A stretch of DNA of 63,187 nt, filler included, from Octopus bimaculoides (taxonomy: Eukaryota): the NCBI RefSeq assembly GCF_001194135.2. It is 6 parts of 6 records of this genome, joined end to end, with 100 filler letters (N's around TTAATTAATTAA, not from the genome) between each part and the next. Parts side by side here need not be neighbours in the genome. Positions count along the whole stretch, not along the records: positions 1 to 26,842 come from NC_069006.1; 5 more parts are not named here. The stretch is one strand, 5' to 3'. The position numbers were made by a program, and so were the translations under genes. How positions within the stretch are numbered: position 1 is the first letter of the stretch; the number at the start of each line of letters is the position of its first letter. Of the stretch, positions 12,878 to 25,365 are shown piece by piece. Below the pieces are notes generated by a model. The model ran no database searches and had not been told where the DNA came from. It saw only the letters and a program-made list of their open reading frames with translations.

Positions 12878-13379
12878 TCCCATCCAGGGTGGTATATATA
12901 TATATATATGCCACAGAAACCGGAAAACTGGCTCAGTGCGCCTAACGGAGCAACGTGGGCTGAACAATATTCGCCCCAACATCGGTGATGGGATATGAGA
13001 CGTATTGTCCATGATATTCTCTCCCTAGGGATATTATCAACAGGAGAGAATATAGAAGTTTCGTTACTTTTTCAGCAAACTGGAGCTCACTGGACGGCAC
13101 TGCACGCAGCTTGGAAGCAGAGATATATCTTCGTAATGTCTCGCCTGAACGAACGGATGATTTTGGAAGTTGATTTACGTCGAGCCTCGTTTCCGATTGA
13201 TATTAGTTAATGGCGGTCATATTAGGAACTGTCATCGTAACATTGTTTATGACAACAGATACAATGTTCAGTTTGCACAGGCTGTAAACGAACATATTTT
13301 AAATAACGTTCAACCCCCTCTTCTCACCACATAAAGATCTCTCTCTCTGTATTTATGCGTCTTTTTCTCTCCTGCTTGC

Positions 13380-13433
<54 letters not shown>

Positions 13434-13470
13434 CTGTGTAATTAGCTGTACCTCACTGTGTATCTCTCTA

Positions 13471-13539
<69 letters not shown>

Positions 13540-13544
13540 GTCTC

Positions 13545-13624
13545 TATCTTTCCCTTTGATTGATTTCGAGAAAGAAAAGTTCCACATTGTATTTGTCCCC
13601 TCTGTGTTAAGCCCTGTGTGGCTA
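13545..13624 (+). mobile_element. Third copy of the (TATC)n-embedded repeat tail
   Basis: aaagaaaagttccacattgtatttgtcccctctgtgttaagccctgtgtggcta, preceded by (CTAT)n and cut by a gap. Confidence 0.6.
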
Positions 13625-14428
13625 NNNNNNNNNNNNNNNNNNNNNNNNNNNNNNNNNNNNNNNNNNNNNNNNNNNNNNNNNNNNNNNNNNNNNNNNNNNN
13701 NNNNNNNNNNNNNNNNNNNNNNNNNNNNNNNNNNNNNNNNNNNNNNNNNNNNNNNNNNNNNNNNNNNNNNNNNNNNNNNNNNNNNNNNNNNNNNNNNNNN
13801 NNNNNNNNNNNNNNNNNNNNNNNNNNNNNNNNNNNNNNNNNNNNNNNNNNNNNNNNNNNNNNNNNNNNNNNNNNNNNNNNNNNNNNNNNNNNNNNNNNNN
13901 NNNNNNNNNNNNNNNNNNNNNNNNNNNNNNNNNNNNNNNNNNNNNNNNNNNNNNNNNNNNNNNNNNNNNNNNNNNNNNNNNNNNNNNNNNNNNNNNNNNN
14001 NNNNNNNNNNNNNNNNNNNNNNNNNNNNNNNNNNNNNNNNNNNNNNNNNNNNNNNNNNNNNNNNNNNNNNNNNNNNNNNNNNNNNNNNNNNNNNNNNNNN
14101 NNNNNNNNNNNNNNNNNNNNNNNNNNNNNNNNNNNNNNNNNNNNNNACACCTCCATAAATGCTTCTCATGTTTCTCTTCTTTGCTTTTATTTCCTTTCGT
14201 GTGTGTGTATGTGTGTATGTGTGTGTGTGTGTGTGTGTGTGCATGAGTTTGTGTGTATGTATTTGTGCCTGTGTGCATGTGCATGTGTTCGCATAGGTGT
14301 GTATGTATGTGTATATGGGGGTGTCCGTGTGTATGTGTCTGTGTGCTTGTGTATGTATACGTGCAGGTGGGTGGGTGTGTGTGTGCATGTGCCTCTGCGT
14401 ATGTGTGTGTGTGTGCATGTGCCTCTGC

Positions 14429-14470
<42 letters not shown>

Positions 14471-14489
14471 TGCCATACATTTATTTACG

Positions 14490-15370
14490 ACCGCAATCTC
14501 CAAATTATTTTTCTCATTCTCATCACCCTTTCTTCCTTTCTCATTTCTCTCCCCACCTCCTTCTCTCCCTCTTCTACCCCCTACCTCCCCACCGCCCCTC
14601 CCNNNNNNNNNNCTAAGTCTGACTCTCACTTCCACTCTTTATCACCTCCTCCTTCTCTCAATAACCATAACAATCAATTACTTTTCACTCTCATCTTCTC
14701 TCTATAAATCTCCTTCGTTCTCTCTCCTCTTTCTCTCAGTTTATCTTTCTCTCTCTCTCTCTCTCTCTCTTTCCCCCTCCCTATCGCTTCTTTGTCTTTC
14801 TTCTCTCTCCCTCTCTTTTAACTCTCCCTCCCTCCTCTCTCTATCTCTGTTCTTTCTCCCCAACAATCTCTCTCTATTTCTTTACTCTCTCACTCCCCGT
14901 TTTTCTCTCCATCTCTATCCTTTCTCTCTCTCTCTCTCTTTCTCTCTCTCTCGCTTTCTCTCTCTCTCGCTTTCTCTCTCTCTATTTCTCTCTCTCTCTC
15001 TCTCTCTGTTTCTCTCTCTCTCTTTCTCTCTCTCTCTATCTTTCTCTCTCTATCTCTCTCATATCTCTTTCCCTTCTCCCCTTACCTGTCTCGTTTTAAC
15101 TCCCTCTCTCCTTCTCATCTCTTATCTTTCTCCTTCTGTGTCTCACTTTCTTCTCTCTATCTTCCTTTCTCTCTTATCTCTGATCTGTCTCCCCCTTCTC
15201 TCTCTAACTTTCCTCTCTCTCTTCTCTTATATCCCTCATCTTTCTCCCCTTCTCGGAGAAAGAAAGGAAAGGGACACAGTCTTGTCTCTCTCCCTCTATC
15301 TCATCTCTCATTTTTCTTCCCTTTCATCGTCTCACTGTCCTCTCTTGCTTCCTCTCCCTTTTCTCTCAAC
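14490..15370. repeat. Long polypyrimidine (CT-rich) low-complexity tract
   Basis: Plus strand is almost all C/T with (CT)n runs. Confidence 0.9.
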
Positions 15371-15382
15371 AACGTTTGTGAA

Positions 15383-15712
15383 GGCGCATGGCTCAGTAGT
15401 TAGTGTCATGAAGCAGTGAGTTCGATTCCTGGACCGGGTAGCGTTATGTTCTTGAGCAAGACAGTTTGTTTCTTTTGACGTTGCTCCAGTTCGCTCAGCT
15501 GTAGAAATGAGTTGTGACATCTCTGGTGCCAAGCTGTATCGGCCCCTTTGCCTTTCCCTTCGACAACATCAGTGGTGTGGAGAGGGGAGGCTGGTATGCA
15601 TGGGTGACTGCTGGTCTTCCGTAGACAACCTTGGCCGAGCTTGTGCCTCAGAGGTTAACGTCCTAGGTGCAGTTCCATAGTCATTCGTGATCGAAGAAGG
15701 TCTTTACCCTTT
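15383..15712 (+). mobile_element. SINE family D (tRNA-like head plus cttgagcaagac...ttgctccag...ctcagctgtagaaatgagt central block)
   Basis: A-box tggctcagtag, B-box gagttcgattcc; head and central block shared with 52740-52872 (-). Confidence 0.65.
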
Positions 15713-15917
15713 AAATCGATTCAACTCAAAAGGGGCTCTCCCCATTTTTCGAGAATTTTATTACACAATTTTTATTGTTAACTGTTATCGTTTTATTGTA
15801 TACACGAATTTTTTTTTTTTTTTTGTGCTAATCCTCACTTGTCCCTTGTTTTCTATTGTCCCGTTTTGTTTTGTGTTCAGCCCTTGTGACCAATAGGGAA
15901 ATTATTATTATTATTAT

Positions 15918-16340
15918 CATCATTTGGGTTTGGTTCAGGTTTGGTCCTGGTAGGCATTATGCGTATATATCTGTTTACTACTTGTAATCTTAGGTATCCA
16001 CAAGTTTTCAGCAGTCTTTCAAATGCTTAGAATCCTCCTGATAATCCATGCTGTCTCTCAGAGACAAACTTTCTGTAGGAGCTCTACCGAGCATTCTCTT
16101 TCAATCTCCTTCAGCCATTTGTCTATATCTTTCCTTACTGTTCCCAAGACACCAATTATTATAGATACGACCTTTACTATTCGCATGCTCCAAATTCTTC
16201 CTATTTCAAATTTTAAGGGAATGTATTTTTTTGTTTTTCTTCCTCTTTCTTAACGATCATAAAATCAAACGGGCATGAGGGGTCGATAGGTAAGCAACTT
16301 CGCTTTTCCTTATCTACGATCGTTATATCTCGTCTGTTAT
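15918..16340 (-). mobile_element. R4/Dong-like non-LTR retrotransposon 3' end (restriction-like endonuclease remnant)
   Basis: Minus translation RRDITIVDKEKRSCLPIDPSCPFD...KYIPLKFEIGRIWSMRIVKVVSIIIGVLGTVRKDIDKWLKEIERECSVELLQKVCL*ETAWIIRRIL* matches the RLE C-terminus; (AAT)-type repeats on both sides. Confidence 0.7.
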
Positions 16341-16829
16341 TATCATTATAATTATTACTGTTGTTGTTCTTCTTCTTAATTGTAACGTAAACATGAAATA
16401 AATACGTAAATAGCTACCAATGGTACTACTTCTACCACCACCAACAACAACATCGGCACCACTACCATCACTATCACCGCCAACACCAACATCACCACCA
16501 CCACTAATAATAATAATAATAACGTTAATAGTAATGATAATAATAATGTTGATAGTAATAATAATAGCATAGCAACAACAGCAATAATAATTGTTTCTAA
16601 TAAGGATAAGAATAACAATAAAAAAATTAAGATGAAGAAATGAAAAAAAAATAAATAAAACCACCGTCGTCAAAGTTTACACAATCAATATTAAAATGAT
16701 AATTATTATATATTTAATTTTCAATGCGATAAACATTTATTAATTAAACTATTTGGAGAGAGAAAAAACGAAATCAAAATATTAAAAATCACTAAATGGT
16801 TGTTAGTCTTGTATATTTAGTAGGTGTTG

Positions 16830-16832
16830 TAG

Positions 16833-16930
<98 letters not shown>
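16830..16930. repeat. (GTT)n microsatellite
   Basis: Direct tandem repeat. Confidence 0.95.
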
Positions 16931-17144
16931 GCTGTTGCAGTTGTTTATCATGGCATTCTTGAAGTCATACTTAGAGTATGTTAGTTCTTGTTGTCGTTCC
17001 TCGTTGTTTTACAAGTTTGACAAAAAAAAAAAAAATGATAAAAGAAAGAAGGAAAATAATAATAATAATAATATTGTACTAAAAAATATTGATTGATTTT
17101 CAGTTAGATTGTGTAGTTATAACTGTCGTAGTTTGTTTATAGCA

Positions 17145-17211
<67 letters not shown>

Positions 17212-17345
17212 CTCATATATGTATATATGTGTATATATGTATATAGGATCATATAAATATATATATGCATATATATAAATATGTATGCAATTAGTTCAAA
17301 TTTACAGAAAGCAAAAGACGAATTATATATATATATATATACATA

Positions 17346-17632
17346 GACGCAGGAGTGGCTGTGTGGTGAGTAGCTTGGTTACCAACCACATGGTTCCGGG
17401 TTCAGTCCCAGTGCGTGGCACCTTGGGCTAGTGTCTTCTACTATGTCCTCGGGCCGACTAAAGCCTTGTGAGTGGATTTGGTAGACGGAAATAGCGGTTC
17501 GGCAAAAGGGATTGGTAGAATAAGTACTAGGCTCACAAATAATAAGTCCTGGGACTGATTTGTTCGACTAAAGGTGGTGCTCCAGCATGGCCGCAGTCAA
17601 ATGACCTAAACAAATAAAAGAATAAAAGAGTA
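17346..17632 (+). mobile_element. SINE family A with internal deletion (no internal microsatellite)
   Basis: Head and tail intact; jumps from gtagacggaaa to tagcggttcggc. Confidence 0.8.
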
Positions 17633-18185
17633 TAGGTATCTGGGAGAGTAAAAATCTGCAAGATATTCTTAAGATTTAAAAGATAATGAACAAAACAATA
17701 CTCCCTCCACGACTGGCCACCGGTCAAAATTAATTCTAAAATAAAAACACTGAAGAAAACACAAGGACATGCACACGCATGCGCATATATACGTGCACGT
17801 GGGTTGTCATGTGAAAATACGAGTCTATGATAATTAATCTCCAGCATCTAAAACACCGCACTTCGATTTAAATATTCATAAAGGACATTAAGCATAACTC
17901 AAATTTCGAAGCAATTACCTGCGAACCTTCTTTTCATTTCCACAATTAGTCAGGTGGTTTCTCATTTCTCTCTCAAATTTGTGCAAATTATTAATGACGA
18001 ATATTAAGAATAGCGCTACTTTAGCTACAGTCTTAAAAACAATTGTCTTTTAATATGACGTCAATCATTTGCGTTGAAATCTTACTGGTAGCGGTAGTGT
18101 ATATATATATATATATATGTAAATATATAAAAACAAAAAGATAAAGAGAGCAAAAGTAAGGCTGGAGAAGTATTTTATGGATAGA

Positions 18186-18234
18186 GTCTTACAGCTGTTT
18201 CTGGGAAGATCCAGTACTTCCCTTCATCGGAGAC
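18186..18234 (-). ncRNA. Minimal type-I hammerhead ribozyme-like motif, family H-B
   Basis: Minus: gtct CCGATGA A GGGAAG tactggat CTTCCC A GAAAC AGCT GTA agac: stem I 4 bp, stem II 6 bp, palindromic stem III ACAGCTGT, GUA triplet; U4->C in the core. Confidence 0.55.
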
Positions 18235-18522
18235 AGAAAAAATAAAGTAATCTATTATTATATCCATAGGCGGATATTTTTAGTATGAAGTGGTAAAGAG
18301 TGTGATGTGCTGAAAAAAGAGAGAACAGTACTTGAAGTGTAGTTTCATTCGAGTGGTAAATATCCGTGTAGAAATCCGTGCAAAGTAATCCATGTGTGGA
18401 AAATCTGCAAATTTATGTTGGAGCGAAAGTTGATATAGCATAGATAGCAGAGGTACATATATTCCATATTGCGATGGATTTTTGCTTGTTTACTTGAAGA
18501 ATGGCCATTCTATATATATCTA

Positions 18523-18557
<35 letters not shown>

Positions 18558-18569
18558 CATTATTGCTCA

Positions 18570-18795
18570 CCATGGCAGCGAGCTGGCAGAAACGTTAGCA
18601 TGCCGGGCGAAATGCTTAGTGATACTACGTCTGTATTTAGGTTCTGATTTCAAATCCAGCCGATGTCGGCTTTTCTTTTATGCTTTCGGGTTCAATAAAT
18701 TAAGTACCAGTTGCGTACTGGAGTTGATCTAATCGACTGGCCTTACTTCCCCGAAAATTTCGGGCCTTGTGCCTAGAGTAGAAAAGATTATTATT
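18570..18795 (+). mobile_element. SINE family B, tail type T1
   Basis: ggcagcgagctggcagaaacgttagc...; ends gggccttgtgcctagagtagaaaagattattatt. Confidence 0.8.
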
Positions 18796-18829
18796 GTTGA
18801 CCGTGCTATCATTATTATTACTCTATAAA

Positions 18830-19055
18830 GAAGTCGGCGAGTTGGTAGAACCGTTAGCACACCGGGTAAAATGCTTACTGACATTTCGTCCTTCCTTACG
18901 TTCCGAGTTCAAATTCCGTCGAGGTTGACTTTTGCCTTTTATCCTTTCTGGGTCGATAAATTAAGACCCAGTCAAGTACTGGGGTCGATCTAATCGACTA
19001 TACCCCCTCCCCTCAAATTTCAGGTCTTGTGCTTATGGTGGAAAGGAGTATTATT
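18830..19055 (+). mobile_element. SINE family B, tail type T1 (second in tandem chain)
   Basis: Head, central block gtcgataaattaag, tail tcaggtcttgtgcttatggtggaaagg. Confidence 0.75.
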
Positions 19056-19059
19056 CTAA

Positions 19060-19135
19060 AAAGGCGGAGAGCTGGCAAAAGCAGTAGAACACCAGACAAA
19101 ATGCCCTAGCGGCATTTCGCTAGTCTTCGTGCTTT
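19060..19135 (+). mobile_element. SINE family B head only (third in chain)
   Basis: aaggcggagagctggcaaaagcagtag...atgccctagcggcatttcg. Confidence 0.6.
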
Positions 19136-19136
19136 A

Positions 19137-19197
19137 GACTGGGATCAATTGATGGACTGACTGACCGACTGACTGACTGACTGACAGACAGACAGAC

Positions 19198-19248
<51 letters not shown>

Positions 19249-19430
19249 CTGGGCTCAATCGATGGATAGATAGATAGATAGATAGATAGACTGGGCTCAA
19301 TCGATGGACAGATAGAAAGATACACAGACTGAACTCGATCGATAGATAAAGAAAGAGGGATTGATAGACAGATAAATAAATAGAAAGAGAGATTGATAGA
19401 CAGATAAATAAATAGATAGATAGATAGATA
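19137..19430. repeat. (GACT)/(GACA)/(GATA)n tract with repeated gactgggctcaatcgatgga motif
   Basis: Motif or variants at about 19137, 19247, 19288 and 19327. Confidence 0.85.
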
Positions 19431-19889
19431 AACAATCAGATATGCAGGCAGGCAGACAAACAGACTAACAAAGAGGCAAAAGAGAGCGTCAATGTAACTG
19501 AGAGAAGTAATAGAGAATGGAATACAGAAGAATAGTTAAGGAGAAGAAAACCAAAGAAGGGTGAGACAGAAAAATCGATGGTACAGTGTATAAGACAATA
19601 ATTACCAGCGAAGCAATATATATGGCAATCAAGATGGCCGCCAAGCCGTGCTTTAGTAATCTTTGGTGATTGCTAAATGTATGAAAGGTTTCTCTGGGCC
19701 AGTAATAGATATCTTAGAATTAATACAATATTAGCTGTAGTGCCAAACAGAGTTACATGTACATAAGTGCATGCTTCTGTATAACAGTACGCACATACAC
19801 ACAACCACCCCCATACACATAAACGCATAAGTCTATTTCTATAGTCACATGTGTATATACATACATACGTATATATATATGTATGTATG

Positions 19890-20229
19890 CTGGAACACTG
19901 CCTTTAGTTGAACAAATCGACCCCAGGATTTATTCTTTATAAACCTAGTACTTATTTTATTGGTAGGCAGGACGCGAATTTCTTTCCCAGGAGCGTGGGA
20001 AATAAAAAATTCGCAGGCAAGACAAACACAGACACACAATATACATATATAGACACACACACACACACATATATATATACGATAGGCTTCTTTCAGTTTC
20101 CGTCCACTCACAAGACTTTGGTAAGTCCGAGGCTATAGTAGAATACACTTGCCCAAGTTGACACACAGTGGGACTGAACCCGGAACCATATTGTTGGGAA
20201 GCAAGATTCTTACTACACACCCGCGCCTA
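19890..20229 (-). mobile_element. SINE family A with internal (CA/TA) microsatellite
   Basis: Reverse complement of family A, head near 20229. Confidence 0.75.
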
Positions 20230-21877
20230 CATTTATATATATATATATATATTAACGTATCAAAATTTATACTTCTACAAATATTTGTAAGCACATGTAG
20301 ATTTAAAAAGCGGAATGCAATTCTCCATGTTACAACATGTATATATATATATATATATATATATNNNNNNNNNNNNNNNNNNNNNNNNNNNNNNNNNNNN
20401 NNNNNNNNNNNNNNNNNNNNNNNNNNNNNNNNNNNNNNNNNNNNNNNNNNNNNNNNNNNNNNNNNNNNNNNNNNNNNNNNNNNNNNNNNNNNNNNNNNNN
20501 NNNNNNNNNNNNNNNNNNNNNNNNNNNNNNNNNNNNNNNNNNNNNNNNNNNNNNNNNNNNNNNNNNNNNNNNNNNNNNNNNNNNNNNNNNNNNNNNNNNN
20601 NNNNNNNNNNNNNNNNNNNNNNNNNNNNNNNNNNNNNNNNNNNNNNNNNNNNNNNNNNNNNNNNNNNNNNNNNNNNNNNNNNNNNNNNNNNNNNNNNNNN
20701 NNNNNNNNNNNNNNNNNNNNNNNNNNNNNNNNNNNNNNNNNNNNNNNNNNNNNNNNNNNNNNNNNNNNNNNNNNNNNNNNNNNNNCATGTATACGTATAT
20801 GTAGTTCCTAACATATGAACACATGAAACACACAAATATATGTATGTATGTATGTATATTTGCTTGTTTGTTTGTATCTACATATATCGGTGCATATGTA
20901 ATTATATATGCGAAATAAATATCTCGATATCCACTGACAGTGAAAGAGATAAGGAGACAGCCAGAAAAGATACAGAGACAGACAGACGGACAGACAGACA
21001 CAAAGACAGACAAACCGACAGACAGAAAGATGCATTTTTAAGTGTGTGTACATGTGATTTAAATGATGTTTGCGGGACTGTGGTAAATATTGCAAGAGAA
21101 ACTCCACTTTTCATAACAGTACTCATGACCTGACATTCAAACACGCAGACACACACGCGCTATACATACACACAGATCTACACACACGCGCTATAAATAC
21201 ACACAGATTCACGCACACACATAAACATAGTTGTGTATAATTGTATATGCATACATGCACAGAACGAATATATTGTCAATTAATTTCTCCTGTATGTTTT
21301 ATCTTCCTGTTTTCTCACTTAATTACAGTACATTTCCATATAGAGTGTTATATNNNNNNNNNNNNNNNNNNNNNNNNNNNNNNNNNNNNNNNNNNNNNNN
21401 NNNNNNNNNNNNNNNNNNNNNNNNNNNNNNNNNNNNNNNNNNNNNNNNNNNNNNNNNNNNNNNNNNNNNNNNNNNNNNNNNNNNNNNNNNNNNNNNATAG
21501 AGAGAGAGAGGGATATTTTGGGCTTCCTTAAGTTTCCCTCAGCCAAAGCCAATCAAAACGCCTTTGGTCATCCTGAGGCTGTATTAGCAAGGTACCACGC
21601 AGTAGGGCTGAACACAAAACCTTTTGGCTGGCTGGGAGGTAAATTTCTCTTCACACCATCCATTGAAGAGAGAGACAAAGAGACAGACAGACAGAGAATG
21701 TCTGAAAGCGAGAAAGGGAGAGACAAAAATAGAGATGTATACAATTAACTGCGGGTGCAACTATACAAAAATGCCCTCACAGGCATTGGCATATTACAGT
21801 CACACTTCTACAGTATTGAACGCATCTTCACATGTCGATGCAGAAGTACATAATCAGAGATACAAATAAATACATAC

Positions 21878-21914
<37 letters not shown>

Positions 21915-22552
21915 ATGAGAGAGAGCAACATTCTATATAAGAATGTAAAAGCTGCTCATAAATATAGACAGGGACACAAATTCCGCGGCATACAACCACA
22001 CACCCAGACTCACACACACACACATATATATCTATATATAAATGGTGTGTCACACAAGCTCTGATATTCACTCACATATTGACACATGTGTAATGCGCAC
22101 TTTCACATAACAAGCATTCATAACGTAGAAGGATATACAAGAACATAGAAAGCAGCTTAGACATATATATTTGCCAAGTTCTTTATAAGATCTATCGATT
22201 TCTATATCTATGTATTATTTAAGTGTTGAAAGACACTTACACCCCTCTCTTAACTGCCGAACACAAACAAAAGAATGAGTAAAAATAAATAAATCGTATA
22301 AAAAAAAAGCCAAACAAACAAACCAGGAGAATTCATCAAAACACCCATTTTTCCTTCCTCTTCTCACTGTCTTTTATATAATTTGTTTTATTTATTTAAT
22401 TATTTCCTCCTCCTTTTTTTCTTTTTTTTTTCCTTTTTGGTTTATTGTATCTTCCTTCAACATCGGTCTTTTAGTTTCTCTCAATTCAGGTCTTTCAATT
22501 TTTTTTTGCCTACCACAACCAAACGTAAACATAAATGTAATAAGTGTTTATT

Positions 22553-22589
<37 letters not shown>

Positions 22590-23483
22590 GTGTGTGTGTG
22601 TGTGTGTGTATGTGTGTGTATATGTGTGTATATGTGTGTGTGTATATGTGTGTATATATATGTTTGTATATGTACACATACACACACATATATATACACA
22701 TGCATATATATATTTATGCATAAGTATGCATGCATACATGTGTATATAAATATATATATACATACATGCTTACATTTATATACACGCATACGTGTGCATA
22801 TATATATATACATATATATAAACAAACATGCATGTTTATATAGATATATGTATGTATATATGTAAACATATGTATCTATGATAGTGTGTGTGTGTGTGTG
22901 TGCGCGCGTGTAATGTTTATGTATAATATACGCAGATAGTTAGTTTGCTTACCTTAAATACTACTTTACTTAGAAATAGCGGACAGACTATAATAAGCAA
23001 ATAAAAGCAAAAACTGTAGCTCTAAAGTACTCACATTCAAATGGACATTTACCGACCGTAGCTTTTATACAACATAGAAAGACTGTTTGTTGAAACGCAA
23101 TTCTACACTGTTCTTTGTTTGTTAATACGAAAGCGTTAAGTAGTGGCGGGAAAGCAGAGGCGCGTCCTATCGTCAATGCTAGCCGCCATTTTCTTTTCAA
23201 GTTTTTAGTATTGGTTATCTTTGTTCGTTTGGACATTAACTTGCGTAAATGCACTAGTATAATGTCCCTGAATCCGGCTATAGAGTTTAGAGTTCAGAGT
23301 TTTAAAACCCTCGTTGAAAAATAATGTAGCCATTTCGTTTCTACTTGTCACTGAATCGTTGAATAACCGAATGCTTTTGCTATATGTTATATAGGAATGA
23401 ATGTTCTTATGCACCCTCCTCCACGTGTGTACATGTTTAAACACGTATATGTATCTATTTTACACACACAAACACACACACAC

Positions 23484-23514
<31 letters not shown>

Positions 23515-23703
23515 CAGACACGTGCAGGCGAAAGGAGACAAAGACTCGGAGGCATACAGTCTACCTGGATATGTACAGAACGGTTTCAGTAATACGCTTC
23601 ATTTTATATCATTTCATAGGTAATTATATAAGCGTTTGTATATGAGTGTGTGTCCTTGCCAGTGTGCGTTATATATCTATATTGCACATGGATAGAGAGA
23701 AAG

Positions 23704-23746
<43 letters not shown>

Positions 23747-24452
23747 CGCGCACGCATATATATATATATATATTTATATATATAATGTTGACCAGTAAAG
23801 TGGACATTTAATGTGCTAGAAATAGACCACATGTTGTGTCTACTAAGACCTAGTAGTTCTCAAAAGAGCATGTCGAGATATGCAACTATATGGATGAGAA
23901 TACATACATAAAACATACAAATCTGTACATATGCATACACACACACACACACATACATACGTACATACATACATACATACATACATACATACATACAAAC
24001 AAAAATACCCTGTTGTTGATGCTGAAATTCCAATGAAGTTGCCTTGGATCTAGGTTAGAAACCGGCTCTTTCACTATTGGCAAGAAATCTTGAAATAAGA
24101 GTGAACAATGACATACATACATTTTTTTCAAGAAAACATTGAATTTCAATTATTTAAAATTTTTCCTTCTGAGCCCAATCAGTCTCTCGATGGCGAGAGA
24201 ACGTCTGTTACGAATGACATTTTTTGATACAGGGCAACTCTAAGACGTCTGCCAGACACTGAACGAAACTAAATGAACTGCGACCAGGCTCAGTAAAAGG
24301 AGCCCGAATTATTGGCTGCAATTACATACTTGACGTCAGTGTTGGCAGAAATTAAATAACCTTGCAAATTCCACGCTCACTTTATTAAATTTATAATCAC
24401 TAAGCCCAAACAGCCCGAGTACCGGAGTCGCCACCGATATATNNNNNNNNNN

Positions 24453-24508
<56 letters not shown>

Positions 24509-25325
24509 ATACATAAATGCATACATACATATACACGTACATACATACAGACTTGTATATATCTGTGTTTATATAGAGATAGGTAGATGTATAGATAGAT
24601 GCATAGATAGATACATAAATAGAAAAATAGTGACAGATAGATACATATATGCATAGATAGATAGATATATAGATAGATAGACAAATAGATAGATAGATAG
24701 ATAGATAGATAGATGAATATAAGGAGAAAGAAACAAAGAGACAGTGACATACATATAGATATAGATATTAAGATGTATACACTTTCTCTTTCTTTTAAAT
24801 TTAATTTCTCTCTGCACAGAATTGATAATAATAACTAAAATCATATAAATCAGAATAAAAACAATACGGACAATAATAATAATAATAATAATGATAATAA
24901 AGACATACATAAACATAATAAAAAAAAATATCGCAATTTTTCATAACTGCCAATTTATCTATATTGTATATAAAACAAAACAGTCTTTCCAATTTTTTTT
25001 ATGGAAAATCGAAGGTTATAAATGAGAAAAAAAAAAAACAGAAATATGAAATATATAGAATGAGAAAAAAGTATAAATATGATTAAAGACTGGGAAAAAG
25101 CTTTATATATATGTGTGTATGTGTGTGTATATATATATATAAATAGACATAGATAGATATAATATATATATGTATATAATATATATACATATGTATATGC
25201 TTATACATATATGTATATATGTATGTATATGCATACATATGTATATATATATATGAATATGTATATATATGTATATATATATCTATATGTATATACATAT
25301 GTGTATGTAAGTAGACACATACACA

Positions 25326-25365
<40 letters not shown>

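Noticed and set aside
19630-19645. YY1-like caagatggccgcc, aaaatggcg near 11211, and DRE-like TATCGATA at 11410
   Set aside because: Isolated short motifs expected by chance; no supporting promoter context.
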